From Bacilli bacterium (GTDB lineage: Bacteria > Bacillota_I > Bacilli_A > RF39 > UBA660), in assembly GCA_031549195.1 (NCBI GenBank), contig JAVBQF010000006.1, positions 40,091 to 104,090 on the forward strand: a stretch of DNA of 64,000 nt, given 5' to 3'. Numbering within the stretch: position 1 is the first letter of the stretch; every line of letters begins with the position of its first letter. Both the position numbers and the translations under genes were made by a program. This document shows positions 44,484-56,273 of the stretch, piece after piece. The notes under the pieces are model-generated. The model was not told the DNA's origin, ran no database searches, and was given only the letters and a program-made list of their open reading frames with translations.

Positions 44484-47414
44484 GTGTTTTATATGTATAC
44501 ACCATTATATGTAAAAAGTAACTATTCGTTTCTATCTAGTCTAGTAGATATTGATAAACTAATAAAAAATTGTAAAGAAGAAAATATTAAATCAGTAGCA
44601 CTCCTTGACGATAATATGATAATAACAATGCATTTTTATAAGGAATGTATTAATAATGGAATAAAACCTATAATTGGTCTTGATATAGAATATAAAAACA
44701 GTAGAGTTTTATTATATGCAAAAACATTTAATGGTTATAAATCATTAATAAAACTATCCACAATTAAAAGTGAAAGAGCAATAGCTATAGAAGATTTAAA
44801 TAATAACAGTGAAGATTTAATATGCATTGTAATGTATGAATATAAAGAGTTATTTAATGAATTAAAAGAGGTATATGAATATATATATTTGGGTTATTCT
44901 AATAGGGAAGAAGAACATTTGGCATTATCTATAACTAGTAGAGTAGTATTTGCTAATAAAATCTTGTATTTAAATAAAAAAGATAGTAAATATTTAAAAT
45001 ATGTCCTTATGATTCGTGATAAAAAAAATGTAATGGATGAAGTTGATTATGAAGATAATAACAACTATTTACTTGGTAATGAAATAGAAAAGTTAAGTAG
45101 TAAAACAGGAATAGATACAACTAATTTTATTGCTGATATGTGTAACGTAACTTTTCCTAAAAACACTAATTTCATACCAGAATTTAAGCATAATAGTGAT
45201 GAATATTTGTTTACACTTAGTATTGAAGGACTAAAAAGAAGACTAAAAAATGAAGTTAGTGATATATATAAAGAAAGATTAGTGTATGAATTAGATGTTA
45301 TTAAGAAAATGGGATTTTCTAACTATTTCTTAATTGTTTATGATTATGTAAAATATGCTAAAAAGAGCGGATTGTTAGTTGGTCCAGGCCGCGGTAGTGC
45401 AGGTGGCTCTCTAGTCGCATACTCTCTAGGTATTATTGATGTTGATCCGATTGAATATGATTTGCTATTTGAACGTTTCTTAAATCCAGGAAGAATTACA
45501 ATGCCTGATATAGATATAGACTTTCCAGATATCTATAGGGATGATGTAATAAATTATGTTAAAGAAAAATATGGTAAGAAGAATGTATCTGGTATTGTTG
45601 CAATTGGTACATTAAAAGCAAAAGCAGTATTAGATGATGTTTCTAAAGTATTAAAAATTGCCCCTGAAAAAGTAGATAGATTAAAGAAATATATTGCCCT
45701 TTTTACTGATAAACTTAAGGAAGTTTATGATAGTAATTTAGAGTTTAAAAATATAATTGATAATGATGAAAGATTATCATTGTTGTATGAAATATCATTG
45801 TTCCTAGAAGGATTTCCAAGGAATATTACTACACATGCATCTGGTATTATAATTTCAGGAGTAGAACTAGATGAAATAATACCATTAATTAGACAAGAAG
45901 ACATGTACGTATCTGGTTATGAGATGGGTTTTCTTGAAGACTTAGGATTACTTAAGATGGACTTTCTAGGCAATAGGAATTTAACTACAATAATGGAAAT
46001 ACTTGAATCAATCAAAAAATATGAAAATATAGATATTAATTTCTTAGACATTCCGCTTGACGATAAGGAAGCAATAAAAGTATTTTTTGATATTGATACT
46101 AATGGGATATTTCAGTTTGAATCGGATGTTATGAAAAATTTACTTAAAAGATTAAAACCATCAACATTTGCTGATATTATTGCCGCAAATGCTTTAGTAA
46201 GACCAGGACCTAGTGATATAGAATATATAAAAAGGAAACATGATCCGAGTTTGATAACTTATTCTGCTGAATGCTTAATACCAATACTTAAAGCAACTTA
46301 TGGAGTAATAATATATCAAGAGCAAATAATGCAAATAGCATCCATAATGGCAGGTTTTTCATTAAGCGAAGCTGATAATTTAAGAAGAGCTATGAGTAAG
46401 AAGAAGAAAGATGCACTAAAAAATGAAGAAGATAAATTTATTAGTGGAAGCATTAAAAATGGCCATAGTTATGAAGTTGCAAAAGAAGTATATGACTTAA
46501 TATTGAACTTTGCACAATATGGATTCAATAAATCTCATACAGTAGCGTACTCAATGATTGCATACAAAATGGCCTATTTAAAAGCAAAATATCCAAAATA
46601 TTTCTACCTTAATTTATTATCACAGATAATTGGACATGATTCTAAAACATCATTGATTATTAAAGAAGCTAGGAAAAAAGGTGTTAACTTTTATCTGCCA
46701 AGCATAAATTTAAGCACTGAAAGATATTCTGTTGCATCAGATGGCATTGTATTTCCTCTTTCTAATATTAGGAATTTAGGTGCTTCAGTTGCAACAGCAA
46801 TCGTTAGTACAAGAGAAACTGAATTTAAAGATATATATGATTGCCTCATTAAATTAACTAACAAGGGAATAAATAAAAAAACAATAGAAACATTGATATA
46901 TGCTTCTTGCTTTAGAGAATTTGGATTTAATAAGAAAACACTAATAGAAAACTTAGATAATTTATTAACATATGCCTTTGTAGCAAAAGGACTAGATCCA
47001 ACAAGCAGCTTTAAATTAGAGCCAAACATAGAAATATGTGAAGAATATGATAATGAGTTTTTGATGTCTAAAGAAAAGGAATTATTTGGCTTCTATTTAA
47101 GCTATCATCCCACTACAAAATATAAGTCTGATTATAAAGTAATTGATATAAACAATATTGGACAATATTTTAACAAGGATGTTGATACTATTATTATGGT
47201 TGATAGAATAAAAACTCATATTGATAAATCAGGTAAGAAAATGGCTTTCGTTTTAGGTAGTGATGAGGGTGATTCTTTAGACTATGTTATATTTTCAAGT
47301 ACACTATCTAGTTATGGTGAAATTAACAAGGGAGATATACTTTTAGTAAGAGGCAAGGTCGAGCGTAATACCAGCTATCAAATAGTAGTAAATAGATTAA
47401 AAAAACTCAATTAG
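44484..47414 (+). CDS. dnaE: DNA polymerase III alpha subunit DnaE (short, ~970-aa form)
   Basis: N-terminal PHP domain. Palm and fingers motifs GPGRGSAGGSLVAYSLGI and MPDIDIDF, HHH and OB regions. The true start may be the internal ATG at 44493. Confidence 0.8.
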   Translation: MFYMYTPLYVKSNYSFLSSLVDIDKLIKNCKEENIKSVALLDDNMIITMHFYKECINNGIKPIIGLDIEYKNSRVLLYAKTFNGYKSLIKLSTIKSERAIAIEDLNNNSEDLICIVMYEYKELFNELKEVYEYIYLGYSNREEEHLALSITSRVVFANKILYLNKKDSKYLKYVLMIRDKKNVMDEVDYEDNNNYLLGNEIEKLSSKTGIDTTNFIADMCNVTFPKNTNFIPEFKHNSDEYLFTLSIEGLKRRLKNEVSDIYKERLVYELDVIKKMGFSNYFLIVYDYVKYAKKSGLLVGPGRGSAGGSLVAYSLGIIDVDPIEYDLLFERFLNPGRITMPDIDIDFPDIYRDDVINYVKEKYGKKNVSGIVAIGTLKAKAVLDDVSKVLKIAPEKVDRLKKYIALFTDKLKEVYDSNLEFKNIIDNDERLSLLYEISLFLEGFPRNITTHASGIIISGVELDEIIPLIRQEDMYVSGYEMGFLEDLGLLKMDFLGNRNLTTIMEILESIKKYENIDINFLDIPLDDKEAIKVFFDIDTNGIFQFESDVMKNLLKRLKPSTFADIIAANALVRPGPSDIEYIKRKHDPSLITYSAECLIPILKATYGVIIYQEQIMQIASIMAGFSLSEADNLRRAMSKKKKDALKNEEDKFISGSIKNGHSYEVAKEVYDLILNFAQYGFNKSHTVAYSMIAYKMAYLKAKYPKYFYLNLLSQIIGHDSKTSLIIKEARKKGVNFYLPSINLSTERYSVASDGIVFPLSNIRNLGASVATAIVSTRETEFKDIYDCLIKLTNKGINKKTIETLIYASCFREFGFNKKTLIENLDNLLTYAFVAKGLDPTSSFKLEPNIEICEEYDNEFLMSKEKELFGFYLSYHPTTKYKSDYKVIDINNIGQYFNKDVDTIIMVDRIKTHIDKSGKKMAFVLGSDEGDSLDYVIFSSTLSSYGEINKGDILLVRGKVERNTSYQIVVNRLKKLN

Positions 47415-47495
47415 AAATTTATGGTAAATATCAATAAAGGATTTAATTTATATATAAATTGTGATATATTAAATACATAGATTGGAGGTTAAATA

Positions 47496-48332
47496 ATGAA
47501 TGTAGAATTTATAACAAATGATTATCTTCTTGCTTGGTGCCTTTTATTTAAACCTTCTATATGTGAAGAGATACAATCACTTAAAGAGCGCCTTTGGAAA
47601 AATTATCCAAAGCAATACAAAAATATGGAAAAAGACAATGTTGAAATATTAAAGTATACAAGTGATTTTATACCTGATGATGATACTGTATATAACTTTG
47701 TATTCAATTCAGAAATCTTTGTAAAAATAAAAAAACAATCTGATAAACACAGACAACTTCTTATGAAAATATGGGATTCAAATCAAAAACAAATTAAAGC
47801 AATATTAAAAGAGGTATTAAGAATCGATATTAAAAATAACTTTAAAATAATAGTTGTTCATCCAGATCTTGAAACAATAGAATTTCTTAAGGCAAATCCT
47901 AAAAAAAATATAGTATGGGGTAAAAAGGAAGATTCAGAAGATGGGCTAAAAGCAATAATGAAGATAATGTTTACTTTAGTTAAATATGAAATAGGTGACT
48001 ATCAAAAAGAAAACAACGAAATAGTATCTTCTATAATAGACTTGGCAATAACAAATGAACTTTATACCCGTATTTTAGGTGTTACAATGTATGAAGAAGG
48101 ATTTAAAAAGTTGAGATTTCTTAAAAGACAGCTTTATCCTTATTTCCTAATGTATATGGGAGCAGATAGAGAAGAGTTAGTAAGTTATATGATGAGAGAT
48201 AGAATACCATTTGATATTGATAAGTACCCAATAGAAAAAGGATTAAGAAAAGTTGATTTATATGGTTTTATAGATTTTTGTTGTAATAATCAAAAATATA
48301 TAATAAGGCTTAATAATTTAGAAATGATATAA
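47496..48332 (+). CDS. Hypothetical protein (278 aa) between dnaE and polC
   Basis: RBS GGAGG. No recognisable motif. Confidence 0.4.
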   Translation: MNVEFITNDYLLAWCLLFKPSICEEIQSLKERLWKNYPKQYKNMEKDNVEILKYTSDFIPDDDTVYNFVFNSEIFVKIKKQSDKHRQLLMKIWDSNQKQIKAILKEVLRIDIKNNFKIIVVHPDLETIEFLKANPKKNIVWGKKEDSEDGLKAIMKIMFTLVKYEIGDYQKENNEIVSSIIDLAITNELYTRILGVTMYEEGFKKLRFLKRQLYPYFLMYMGADREELVSYMMRDRIPFDIDKYPIEKGLRKVDLYGFIDFCCNNQKYIIRLNNLEMI

Positions 48333-48516
48333 GGACTGTTCAATAATAGTTCTTTTATTATGTAAATAATTGACTAGTAATAATTATTGGACGTCAAATA
48401 AAAAATTTAAATTAGTTAGTAATAAAGAAAACTTTTATAAATTAATTTTCTTTTATGCAAAACATATTCTTTATGTGTTATGATAATTTTATACAGATTT
48501 ATCAAGGAGGTATTTT

Positions 48517-51500
48517 ATGAGCGAGAGATTAAAAAGTATATTTGAAAAATTAAGTTTAGATATAGATTTTGGTGCTGATCTTAAGAATGCCGACTTAGTG
48601 AATGTTAATATTAAAGAAAAAGAAAAGGAAGTTGAAGTTATTATTAAAAATGATACTAATATTTCATTTTCTTTGTATAGTACTATTTTAGAGAAACTAA
48701 AAGAGTATTTTAAGGACGTAACAGTATATCTATATATTGAGAGCACAGAGGAAAATGGTACTTATTTTGAAGAGTATTTGGATTATGTATTAGAAGCGAT
48801 GGAATTAGAGTATCCAAATGGAGAATATTTTGCCAACTTAATTCAGAACAGACTAGTAATAGAAAGTAGACAATTAGATGTAATGAACAACAGTGAGTCA
48901 GCTTCATTAGAAGAGACAGTAGGATATATCAATAGACAATTAAAAAACTATGGTTTTCATAATGTTTTAAAAATTGTTGTAAATGAAGTTGATCCTAATG
49001 AAACAAGAGCAACTATTGAAAAAGAAATGATGGAAGCTATGACTAAACCTATTGAAAAGCCTAAGATCGAAGTAAGAAAAGAAAATACTTTTAATAGCTT
49101 TCCAAAAAGAGAGAAAAGAGAAGTAGATGAATTTACTATTTTTGGTAATGCAATTAAAGACGGATCAGTATCGATTGCTACCATTGTTGGAGAAGAAGAA
49201 AGGGTTACAATAGAGGGTACTGTATTTGGTGTTGATGAATTTGAGCCAGCGAGCAAAGCTTTTAAAATTTTAACTTTGAAAGTCACAGATAATACAGATA
49301 GTATTTATTGTAAGGTTTTCATAAGGGATGATGAAGAATTTAGTAAAGTAAAAAGTAAAACAAAAGTAGGATCATGGTTAAAGTTAAGAGGCGGTACTAA
49401 AAGTGATAAATGGCAAAATGATGAGATAGTATTTAATATAAGAGATATTAATGAAATAGAGTCAAAAGAAGTAAAAGTGAAAGATATATGCGAAAGAAAA
49501 AGAGTTGAATTACATACTCATACTCAAATGAGCCAGATGGATGGTATAAGTGAACCTAAAGCATTAATAAAAATGGCTAGAAAGCTTGGGCATAAAGCGG
49601 TAGCTATTACAGATCATGACGGATGTCAATCTTTCCCTGATGTTTATCACACAGTCACCGATATAAATAGCAGCCTAAAAGAAGGCGAAGAACCATTTAA
49701 AGCTATTTACGGTACTGAATTAACTTTAATAGAAGATACTGTTGATATAGTTAAAAGACCAACAGAAGATAGTCTGTTTGAAACAACTTTTGTTGTATTT
49801 GACTTTGAGACGACTGGATTTAATGCCGGTGCTGGAGACCAAATCATCGAAGTTGGTGCAGTTAAAATATTAAATGGTGAGATAATTGATAAGTTTTCTG
49901 AACTTATTGATCCTAAAAGAGAATTATCAAAGAAAATTACTGAAGTTACTGGTATAACCGATACTATGTTAGCTGGGAAAGATGATGAAGAAACTGTCAT
50001 TAAAAGATTTGTTGAATGGACAGGAAATCTTCCAATGGTTGCCCATAATGCCAAATTTGACACATCATTCTTAGAAATGGCATATAGCAAATATAAGTTA
50101 GGAAAATATATAAATACAATTATAGATACACTAGCATTATCAAGATTACTTGATAGTGAGTCAGCAAGACATTCACTTTCAGCACTTGTTAAACGTTACG
50201 ATGTAGAATTCGATGAAGACTCACATCATAGAGCTGATTATGATGCTGAAGGCACTGCTTTAGTATTTCATAGAATGACTCAAAAACTAGCAAATAGGGA
50301 CATTCTTAAAATAAGTGATTTAGACAAATTAATTGATAAAGAAGAAATATATAAATATGGAAATAAATATCATATTAATCTTTTAGCAACAAATAAAATT
50401 GGTTTAAAAAATCTATTTAAAATAGTAAGTTTTGCTAATACAAAATATTTCTATAAAGGAACAGCTAGAATACTTAGAAGTGTACTTTCAGAGTTAAGAG
50501 AAGGTTTGCTTGTAGGAAGCGGATGTTATGAGTCTGAAATATTTGTAGAAGCAAGAAGTAAATCAGATTCAGAATTGCTTGAACTCATTAGTTTCTATGA
50601 CTATGTAGAAGTTCAACCACTTGATTGCTATGATCATTTACTTCAAATGCAAGATTTTACCAATAAGTTTGAATTAACTGACCATGTAAAAAAAATTGTT
50701 AGATTGACAAAAGAAGCAGGGAAAATAGCTGTTGCGACAGGTGATGTTCATCATCTGAATAAGGATGATAAAATTTTCAGAGAAGTTATCGTTAATCAGA
50801 AGGTGCCTGGTGGTGGAAGACATCCGCTTGCAAGAGAAAGCATTAGAGAAATAGCAAGTATGCATTTTAGGACGACTAATGAAATGCTAGATGATTTTAA
50901 ATTTCTTGAAGAAGATTTAAGAGAAGAAATAGTTATAGATAATCCCAATAAAATTGCAGATATGATTGAAATTATTGAAGTAATTATTGAAACTGGAGGG
51001 ATACCATTTTCACCAAAGATTGAAAATAGCCAGGAAACGACTAAAGAATTAGTATATGGTAAAGCTCATGAAATGTATGGTGAAGAATTACCTACTATTG
51101 TTAATGACAGAATAGAGCAAGAACTTGCTGGTATTTTTAAAGGTGGATTCGATGTTATTTACTTAATTGCTCAAAAACTTGTTAAAAAGAGCAATGATGA
51201 TGGCTATCTCGTTGGATCGCGTGGATCTGTTGGTTCAAGTTTTGTTGCTACGATGATGGGAATAACAGAAGTTAATCCACTTCCAGCTCATTATCTATGC
51301 AGAAAATGTAAAACTAGTGTTTTTGAGATGGATGGCAAATCCTTTGGTAGTGATTATCCAAGTGGGTATGATTTACCTGATATGTTATGTCCAAACTGTA
51401 ATGAACCGTTAGGTAAAGAAGGACAGGACATGCCGTTTGCGACATTCCTTGGATTTAATGCTGATAAGGTACCAGATATAGATTTAAACTTTTCTGGTGA

Positions 51501-52914
51501 ATATCAATGGAAAGCACATGAATATACAAAAGAGTTATTTGGCGTTGATAATGTTTATCGAGCAGGGACGATTGGTACAGTTGCTGATAAAACAGCATTT
51601 GGTTTTGCAAAAGGATATGCTGAAGATAAGGGAGTAACTTTAAGAACAGCAGAAATAGAACGCTTAGCTAGTGGGTGTACTGGTGTCAAAAGAACAACAG
51701 GACAGCATCCAGGTGGTATTGTTGTTGTACCGGATTATATGGACGTATATGATTTTACTCCTTATCAATTTCCAGCAGGTGATACAAATGCTTTATGGAG
51801 AACCACACACTTTGATTATCATGCAATTGATCAAGACTTATTAAAACTCGATATACTAGGTCATGATGATCCTACAATATTAAAAATGTTGGGTGATTTA
51901 TCTGGTATTGATGTTACAAAACTTCCAATGGATGATAAAAAGGTAATTAGTCTACTTTGCTCACCTGATGCACTAGGTGTAACAGAAGACCAAATTATGT
52001 GTCCAACAGGAACTCTTGGACTTCCTGAACTTGGAACTAGATTTGTTATTAATATGTTAGTTGAGACAAAACCAACAACATTTGCAGAACTTGTAAAAAT
52101 ATCTGGGCTCTCACATGGGACTGATGTTTGGGCCGGAAATGCTTCCGAACTTATTAAAAATAATATTGTCCCATTTAAAGAGGTTATTGGATGTCGTGAT
52201 GATATAATGGTATATCTTTCTTATAATGGTGTAGCACCACTTGATGCTTTTAAAATAATGGAGCTTGTTCGTAAAGGTAAAGCTAGCAAAGATAAAGAAG
52301 CTTGGGAAAAATGGGTAGCTAAGATGAAAGAAGTTGATATACCAGATTGGTATATTGATTCCTGCTACAAAATTAAGTACATGTTCCCTAAAGCACATGC
52401 TTGTGCTTATGTTATGAGTGCAATACGTATTGCATGGTTTAAAGTATATAGACCAGTATTGTATTATGCAGCATATTTTTCTATTCGAAGTGATGATTTT
52501 GACATAGAAACAATGATAAAGGGATATAATGCTATTAGAAGTAAGATGGAAGATTTAAAATTAAAAGGCTATGATATTTCTAATAAAGAAGAAAATATTT
52601 CTACTGTTTTAGAACTTGCATTAGAAGCTACTGCAAGAGGGATTACCATTGCTAATGTTAATCTTATGAAAAGTGATGCTTCTAGATTTTTGGTAGATGA
52701 AGAAAATAAAGTGTTAATACCACCATTTAGGACTATTGATGGTCTTGGTGATACGGTTGCCAAAACAATTGTTGAAGAAAGAAATATTAGAGAATTTATA
52801 AGCATAGAAGACTTGCAGAAAAGAGGGAAAGCATCTGCTACTATAATAGAGAAGATGAAGAGAATGGGAATATTGGATGGTATGCCTGAATCTAGTCAAC
52901 TGTCTTTATTCTAA
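48517..52914 (+). CDS. polC: DNA polymerase III PolC-type (Gram-positive replicative polymerase with an intrinsic 3'-5' exonuclease)
   Basis: Exonuclease motif VVFDFETTGFN...EVGAV, a PHP domain, and polymerase core motifs. Length is 1465 aa. Confidence 0.9.
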   Translation: MSERLKSIFEKLSLDIDFGADLKNADLVNVNIKEKEKEVEVIIKNDTNISFSLYSTILEKLKEYFKDVTVYLYIESTEENGTYFEEYLDYVLEAMELEYPNGEYFANLIQNRLVIESRQLDVMNNSESASLEETVGYINRQLKNYGFHNVLKIVVNEVDPNETRATIEKEMMEAMTKPIEKPKIEVRKENTFNSFPKREKREVDEFTIFGNAIKDGSVSIATIVGEEERVTIEGTVFGVDEFEPASKAFKILTLKVTDNTDSIYCKVFIRDDEEFSKVKSKTKVGSWLKLRGGTKSDKWQNDEIVFNIRDINEIESKEVKVKDICERKRVELHTHTQMSQMDGISEPKALIKMARKLGHKAVAITDHDGCQSFPDVYHTVTDINSSLKEGEEPFKAIYGTELTLIEDTVDIVKRPTEDSLFETTFVVFDFETTGFNAGAGDQIIEVGAVKILNGEIIDKFSELIDPKRELSKKITEVTGITDTMLAGKDDEETVIKRFVEWTGNLPMVAHNAKFDTSFLEMAYSKYKLGKYINTIIDTLALSRLLDSESARHSLSALVKRYDVEFDEDSHHRADYDAEGTALVFHRMTQKLANRDILKISDLDKLIDKEEIYKYGNKYHINLLATNKIGLKNLFKIVSFANTKYFYKGTARILRSVLSELREGLLVGSGCYESEIFVEARSKSDSELLELISFYDYVEVQPLDCYDHLLQMQDFTNKFELTDHVKKIVRLTKEAGKIAVATGDVHHLNKDDKIFREVIVNQKVPGGGRHPLARESIREIASMHFRTTNEMLDDFKFLEEDLREEIVIDNPNKIADMIEIIEVIIETGGIPFSPKIENSQETTKELVYGKAHEMYGEELPTIVNDRIEQELAGIFKGGFDVIYLIAQKLVKKSNDDGYLVGSRGSVGSSFVATMMGITEVNPLPAHYLCRKCKTSVFEMDGKSFGSDYPSGYDLPDMLCPNCNEPLGKEGQDMPFATFLGFNADKVPDIDLNFSGEYQWKAHEYTKELFGVDNVYRAGTIGTVADKTAFGFAKGYAEDKGVTLRTAEIERLASGCTGVKRTTGQHPGGIVVVPDYMDVYDFTPYQFPAGDTNALWRTTHFDYHAIDQDLLKLDILGHDDPTILKMLGDLSGIDVTKLPMDDKKVISLLCSPDALGVTEDQIMCPTGTLGLPELGTRFVINMLVETKPTTFAELVKISGLSHGTDVWAGNASELIKNNIVPFKEVIGCRDDIMVYLSYNGVAPLDAFKIMELVRKGKASKDKEAWEKWVAKMKEVDIPDWYIDSCYKIKYMFPKAHACAYVMSAIRIAWFKVYRPVLYYAAYFSIRSDDFDIETMIKGYNAIRSKMEDLKLKGYDISNKEENISTVLELALEATARGITIANVNLMKSDASRFLVDEENKVLIPPFRTIDGLGDTVAKTIVEERNIREFISIEDLQKRGKASATIIEKMKRMGILDGMPESSQLSLF

Positions 52915-52923
52915 GGAGATTAT

Positions 52924-53682
52924 ATGAAAAAATCTAAAATAGGATTATTTGATTCTGGCATCGGTGGATTAACTGTATTAAGTGAGATAAAGAAATTACT
53001 ACCAAATGAAGATTATATTTATTATGCGGATTCACTACATAATCCTTATGGTTCTAAAGACAGTAATGAGTTGTTAAAAATAACTTCTAATATAGTAGAT
53101 TATTTAATAAGTAACAATGTCAAATTAATAGTAATTGCCTGTAATACTGCAACAACGGTATGTATGAAAGAATTAAAGGATAAATATAAGGATATAATTT
53201 TTGTAGGTGTTGTGCCTGCAATAAAAGTTGCATATGATCAAAATTCTCATAAAACACTGGTTTTAGCAACTCCATATACGGTCAAATCAAAAAGAGTTGA
53301 TGAATTAGTTGCTACGTATAAACACCTGAATCAGGAAATCACTTTAGTGCCATGTCACAATTTAGCAAATGCAATAGAAACAAAAAGTGGTGAAGAAATA
53401 GAAGAGGTGTTAAAAGAGCAAATTAAAAAATATCTTAATCAAAATTATGATACTATTGTACTTGGATGTACTCATTACTCAATTATAAGGAACATGATTA
53501 AAAGATATTTTCCAAATAGCCAAATAATAGATGGAAATATTGGCGTAGCCAAAGAAGTAAAAAGACAATTAGAACTTAATGATTTGATAAGTATTGAGGG
53601 AAGTGGTTCAACCGAGTTTTTTAATAGCTTGACTGAGGATGATAAAGACTATCTAGATATTTTAAATAGAATAAAAGAATAA
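52924..53682 (+). CDS. murI: Glutamate racemase
   Basis: IGLFDSGIGGLTVL, IVIACNTATT, LGCTHY. Confidence 0.8.
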   Translation: MKKSKIGLFDSGIGGLTVLSEIKKLLPNEDYIYYADSLHNPYGSKDSNELLKITSNIVDYLISNNVKLIVIACNTATTVCMKELKDKYKDIIFVGVVPAIKVAYDQNSHKTLVLATPYTVKSKRVDELVATYKHLNQEITLVPCHNLANAIETKSGEEIEEVLKEQIKKYLNQNYDTIVLGCTHYSIIRNMIKRYFPNSQIIDGNIGVAKEVKRQLELNDLISIEGSGSTEFFNSLTEDDKDYLDILNRIKE

Positions 53683-53782
53683 CAAAAGGTAAGACTTTAC
53701 AGTCTTCCTTTTAATTTCTTTACTTTTATTTAAGTTAATATTAAACTATATTTAGTGATATGTATTAAAAAAGAGGTGAGTT

Positions 53783-54484
53783 ATGTTAAATGAAAATAAA
53801 AATAGGGAAGTATTTACTAAAGCAGGATATTTTCTACCAGTAAATCCACCTATACTAAATGTAAGACCTACTTTTATGGAACTGTTAAAGAAGCCTTCAT
53901 CTATTGTTTTAGCAGGCACTTTATTGGCTGTAACTATTGGACTAGGGGCATTGCTTTTGGATTCTTCAAATAACAATCTAACACCAGCGACTAATCAACT
54001 TCCTACAATTACTAATTTTATTCCAGAAGGAAGCATAACTGTGGAAGGTTGGAGTAATTGGGCTACTCCTTTGGTATTTACTGGGGAACAAGTAATAGAT
54101 TCAAACGGAATGCCTTCAGTTAGTGGCGACTGGATAGCAGGTGTTGTACAAGATGGACTTGTATCTTCAGAGTTTAATAAAAACATGGGAGAATTTACAG
54201 GATTAGTATATCATCCTACTGGAAGAGTTCGACAGAATGCAGAAGGTGTTACTGAGCAATTTGTTAATATTGAAAGATGGAAAGTAGAAGAGGCTGGTCC
54301 AGCAACTAACTTAAACAATTCTCAAATGGAACAATCTCAATTATTAAAAGCAATAGATACAACAGGCCAATTAAATGGGAGACCAGCAGTAATTGGAATA
54401 ACCCGTCAAAATCCTCAAGCAGTGAGAGATGAAATTGAGCATAACATGCTAGTTATTGATAGAATAATTGATAGAAAACGATAG
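53783..54484 (+). CDS. Signal-anchored extracytoplasmic protein. Function unknown.
   Basis: Single TM (SIVLAGTLLAVTIGLGALLL) followed by a ~180-aa Thr/Asn/Gly-rich domain. Confidence 0.4.
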   Translation: MLNENKNREVFTKAGYFLPVNPPILNVRPTFMELLKKPSSIVLAGTLLAVTIGLGALLLDSSNNNLTPATNQLPTITNFIPEGSITVEGWSNWATPLVFTGEQVIDSNGMPSVSGDWIAGVVQDGLVSSEFNKNMGEFTGLVYHPTGRVRQNAEGVTEQFVNIERWKVEEAGPATNLNNSQMEQSQLLKAIDTTGQLNGRPAVIGITRQNPQAVRDEIEHNMLVIDRIIDRKR

Positions 54485-54547
54485 AAAAGTTCTTTGAACT
54501 TTTTCTTTTTTTATTGTATAATATATACATGTTTTGGAGGGCTATTT

Positions 54548-56269
54548 ATGAATAATCAAAATGTTATTAATGAAATAAGAAGTAAAATAGACATTGTTGA
54601 ACTTGTATCAGAATATGTTTCTCTTACTAAAAAAGGGCAGTACTATTGGGGGGTATGTCCCTTTCATAATGATAAAAATCCTTCGATGAGTGTAAGTACA
54701 ACAAGACAAACATTTACTTGTTGGTCTTGTCATACCAGTGGAAATGTATATAATTTTATTCAGTTAATAGAAAATTTAGATTTTCCTAGCACTTTAAAAT
54801 TTCTTGCTAATAAAGCAGGAGTAACAATTGGAAATACCGTTAGTAACTATGATAAGAAAAATGAAAAGTTATTTGAAATATATGATATTACAAGTAAGTA
54901 TTATCAACTATTACTTAATACACAAGAAGGCATTGTAGCTAAAGAGTACTTGAAAAACAGGGGAATTGATAGTGATATTATAAAAGAGTTTGGCATAGGA
55001 CTATCAAGCAACAATAAAACTTCTTTAACAAATTATTTAAAGCAAAGGAGTTATGATATAAACACTCTTGATAACATAGGACTAGTGAATGGTGATAATG
55101 ACACCTTTATAAATAGAATAATGTTTCCACTTCATGATAGATTTGGACGAGTGGTCGCCTTCAGTGGTAGAATCTATGATAATTCTAATATGTCTAAGTA
55201 CATGAATACAAAAGAAACGAATATATTTAAAAAGGGGCATTGTTTATATAATTATTACAATTGCAAAGAATATGTAAGAAAAGAGAAAAGTGTAATAATT
55301 ATGGAAGGCTTTATGGATGTCATTAGAGCTAGTACTATAGGAATAAAAAATACAGTAGCACTTATGGGAACTGCTTTAACAGATGAACAAATATCGCTTA
55401 TAAAGAAATTATCTCTTAACGTTTATTTATGTCTTGATGGAGATGACCCTGGTCAAGTTGCAACAATGAGTGTTGGTGAGCATTTAGAAAACGCCGGATT
55501 AACTGTAAAAGTGATACCACTTAAAAACAATGATGATCCCGATACTTATATTTTAAAAAATGGGAAAGACAAGTTTATAAGTCTAATAGAAAATGCCTTG
55601 AATTTTAGTGATTTTAAAATTGAAAGGCTTAAGGTTGGTATAAATTTAAAAAGTGATATAGAGCTTGCAAACTACATAAATAAGGTAATAAAAGAGGCGA
55701 GCTTAATAAATGACGAAATAAGACGAGAAATAATACTGAAAAAACTTGCAAATGAGACAAATTTGAGTTATACTACACTAGAAAAAAAATTAAATGAATT
55801 TCTTTTAAATAAGGAAAAAAAAGATGCAGAAACTATTTTACCTATGGTTAAAGAAAAAGTGGATAAGTATACTAAAGCAGCAATTGCCTTCCTTTATTAC
55901 ATGATTATTAGCCCAACCATAATTAAAGTATATGAAGATAAAAACATATATTTTGCTAATAGTGTAGAAAGAAGCTTAGCAGCTGAAATTAGTTATTACT
56001 ATCATGAATTTGGAGATATTGTTATTGCAGACTTTTATACTTATTTAAAGGATAAAACAGAGTTATTAGAATTATACGAAAGAATCATGTCACTTGATTT
56101 AGATGAAGTGTTGAATGATGAGGCAATAAAAGATTATATTAATGTCATCGACGATTATAATATGAGGCAAGAAGTATTACGCCTAAAAGAATTAATGAAA
56201 ACTGAAGTCGATGAACTAGAAAAAGCTAAGATTGCTGAACGTATAAGACTATTAAGAGTTAAGGAGTGA
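54548..56269 (+). CDS. dnaG: DNA primase
   Basis: Zinc-binding [13 protein letters not shown]...CWSCH, and a TOPRIM domain ([18 protein letters not shown]). The start was chosen after GGAGGG; the track starts at 54494. Confidence 0.8.
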   Translation: MNNQNVINEIRSKIDIVELVSEYVSLTKKGQYYWGVCPFHNDKNPSMSVSTTRQTFTCWSCHTSGNVYNFIQLIENLDFPSTLKFLANKAGVTIGNTVSNYDKKNEKLFEIYDITSKYYQLLLNTQEGIVAKEYLKNRGIDSDIIKEFGIGLSSNNKTSLTNYLKQRSYDINTLDNIGLVNGDNDTFINRIMFPLHDRFGRVVAFSGRIYDNSNMSKYMNTKETNIFKKGHCLYNYYNCKEYVRKEKSVIIMEGFMDVIRASTIGIKNTVALMGTALTDEQISLIKKLSLNVYLCLDGDDPGQVATMSVGEHLENAGLTVKVIPLKNNDDPDTYILKNGKDKFISLIENALNFSDFKIERLKVGINLKSDIELANYINKVIKEASLINDEIRREIILKKLANETNLSYTTLEKKLNEFLLNKEKKDAETILPMVKEKVDKYTKAAIAFLYYMIISPTIIKVYEDKNIYFANSVERSLAAEISYYYHEFGDIVIADFYTYLKDKTELLELYERIMSLDLDEVLNDEAIKDYINVIDDYNMRQEVLRLKELMKTEVDELEKAKIAERIRLLRVKE

Positions 56270-56273
56270 AACC

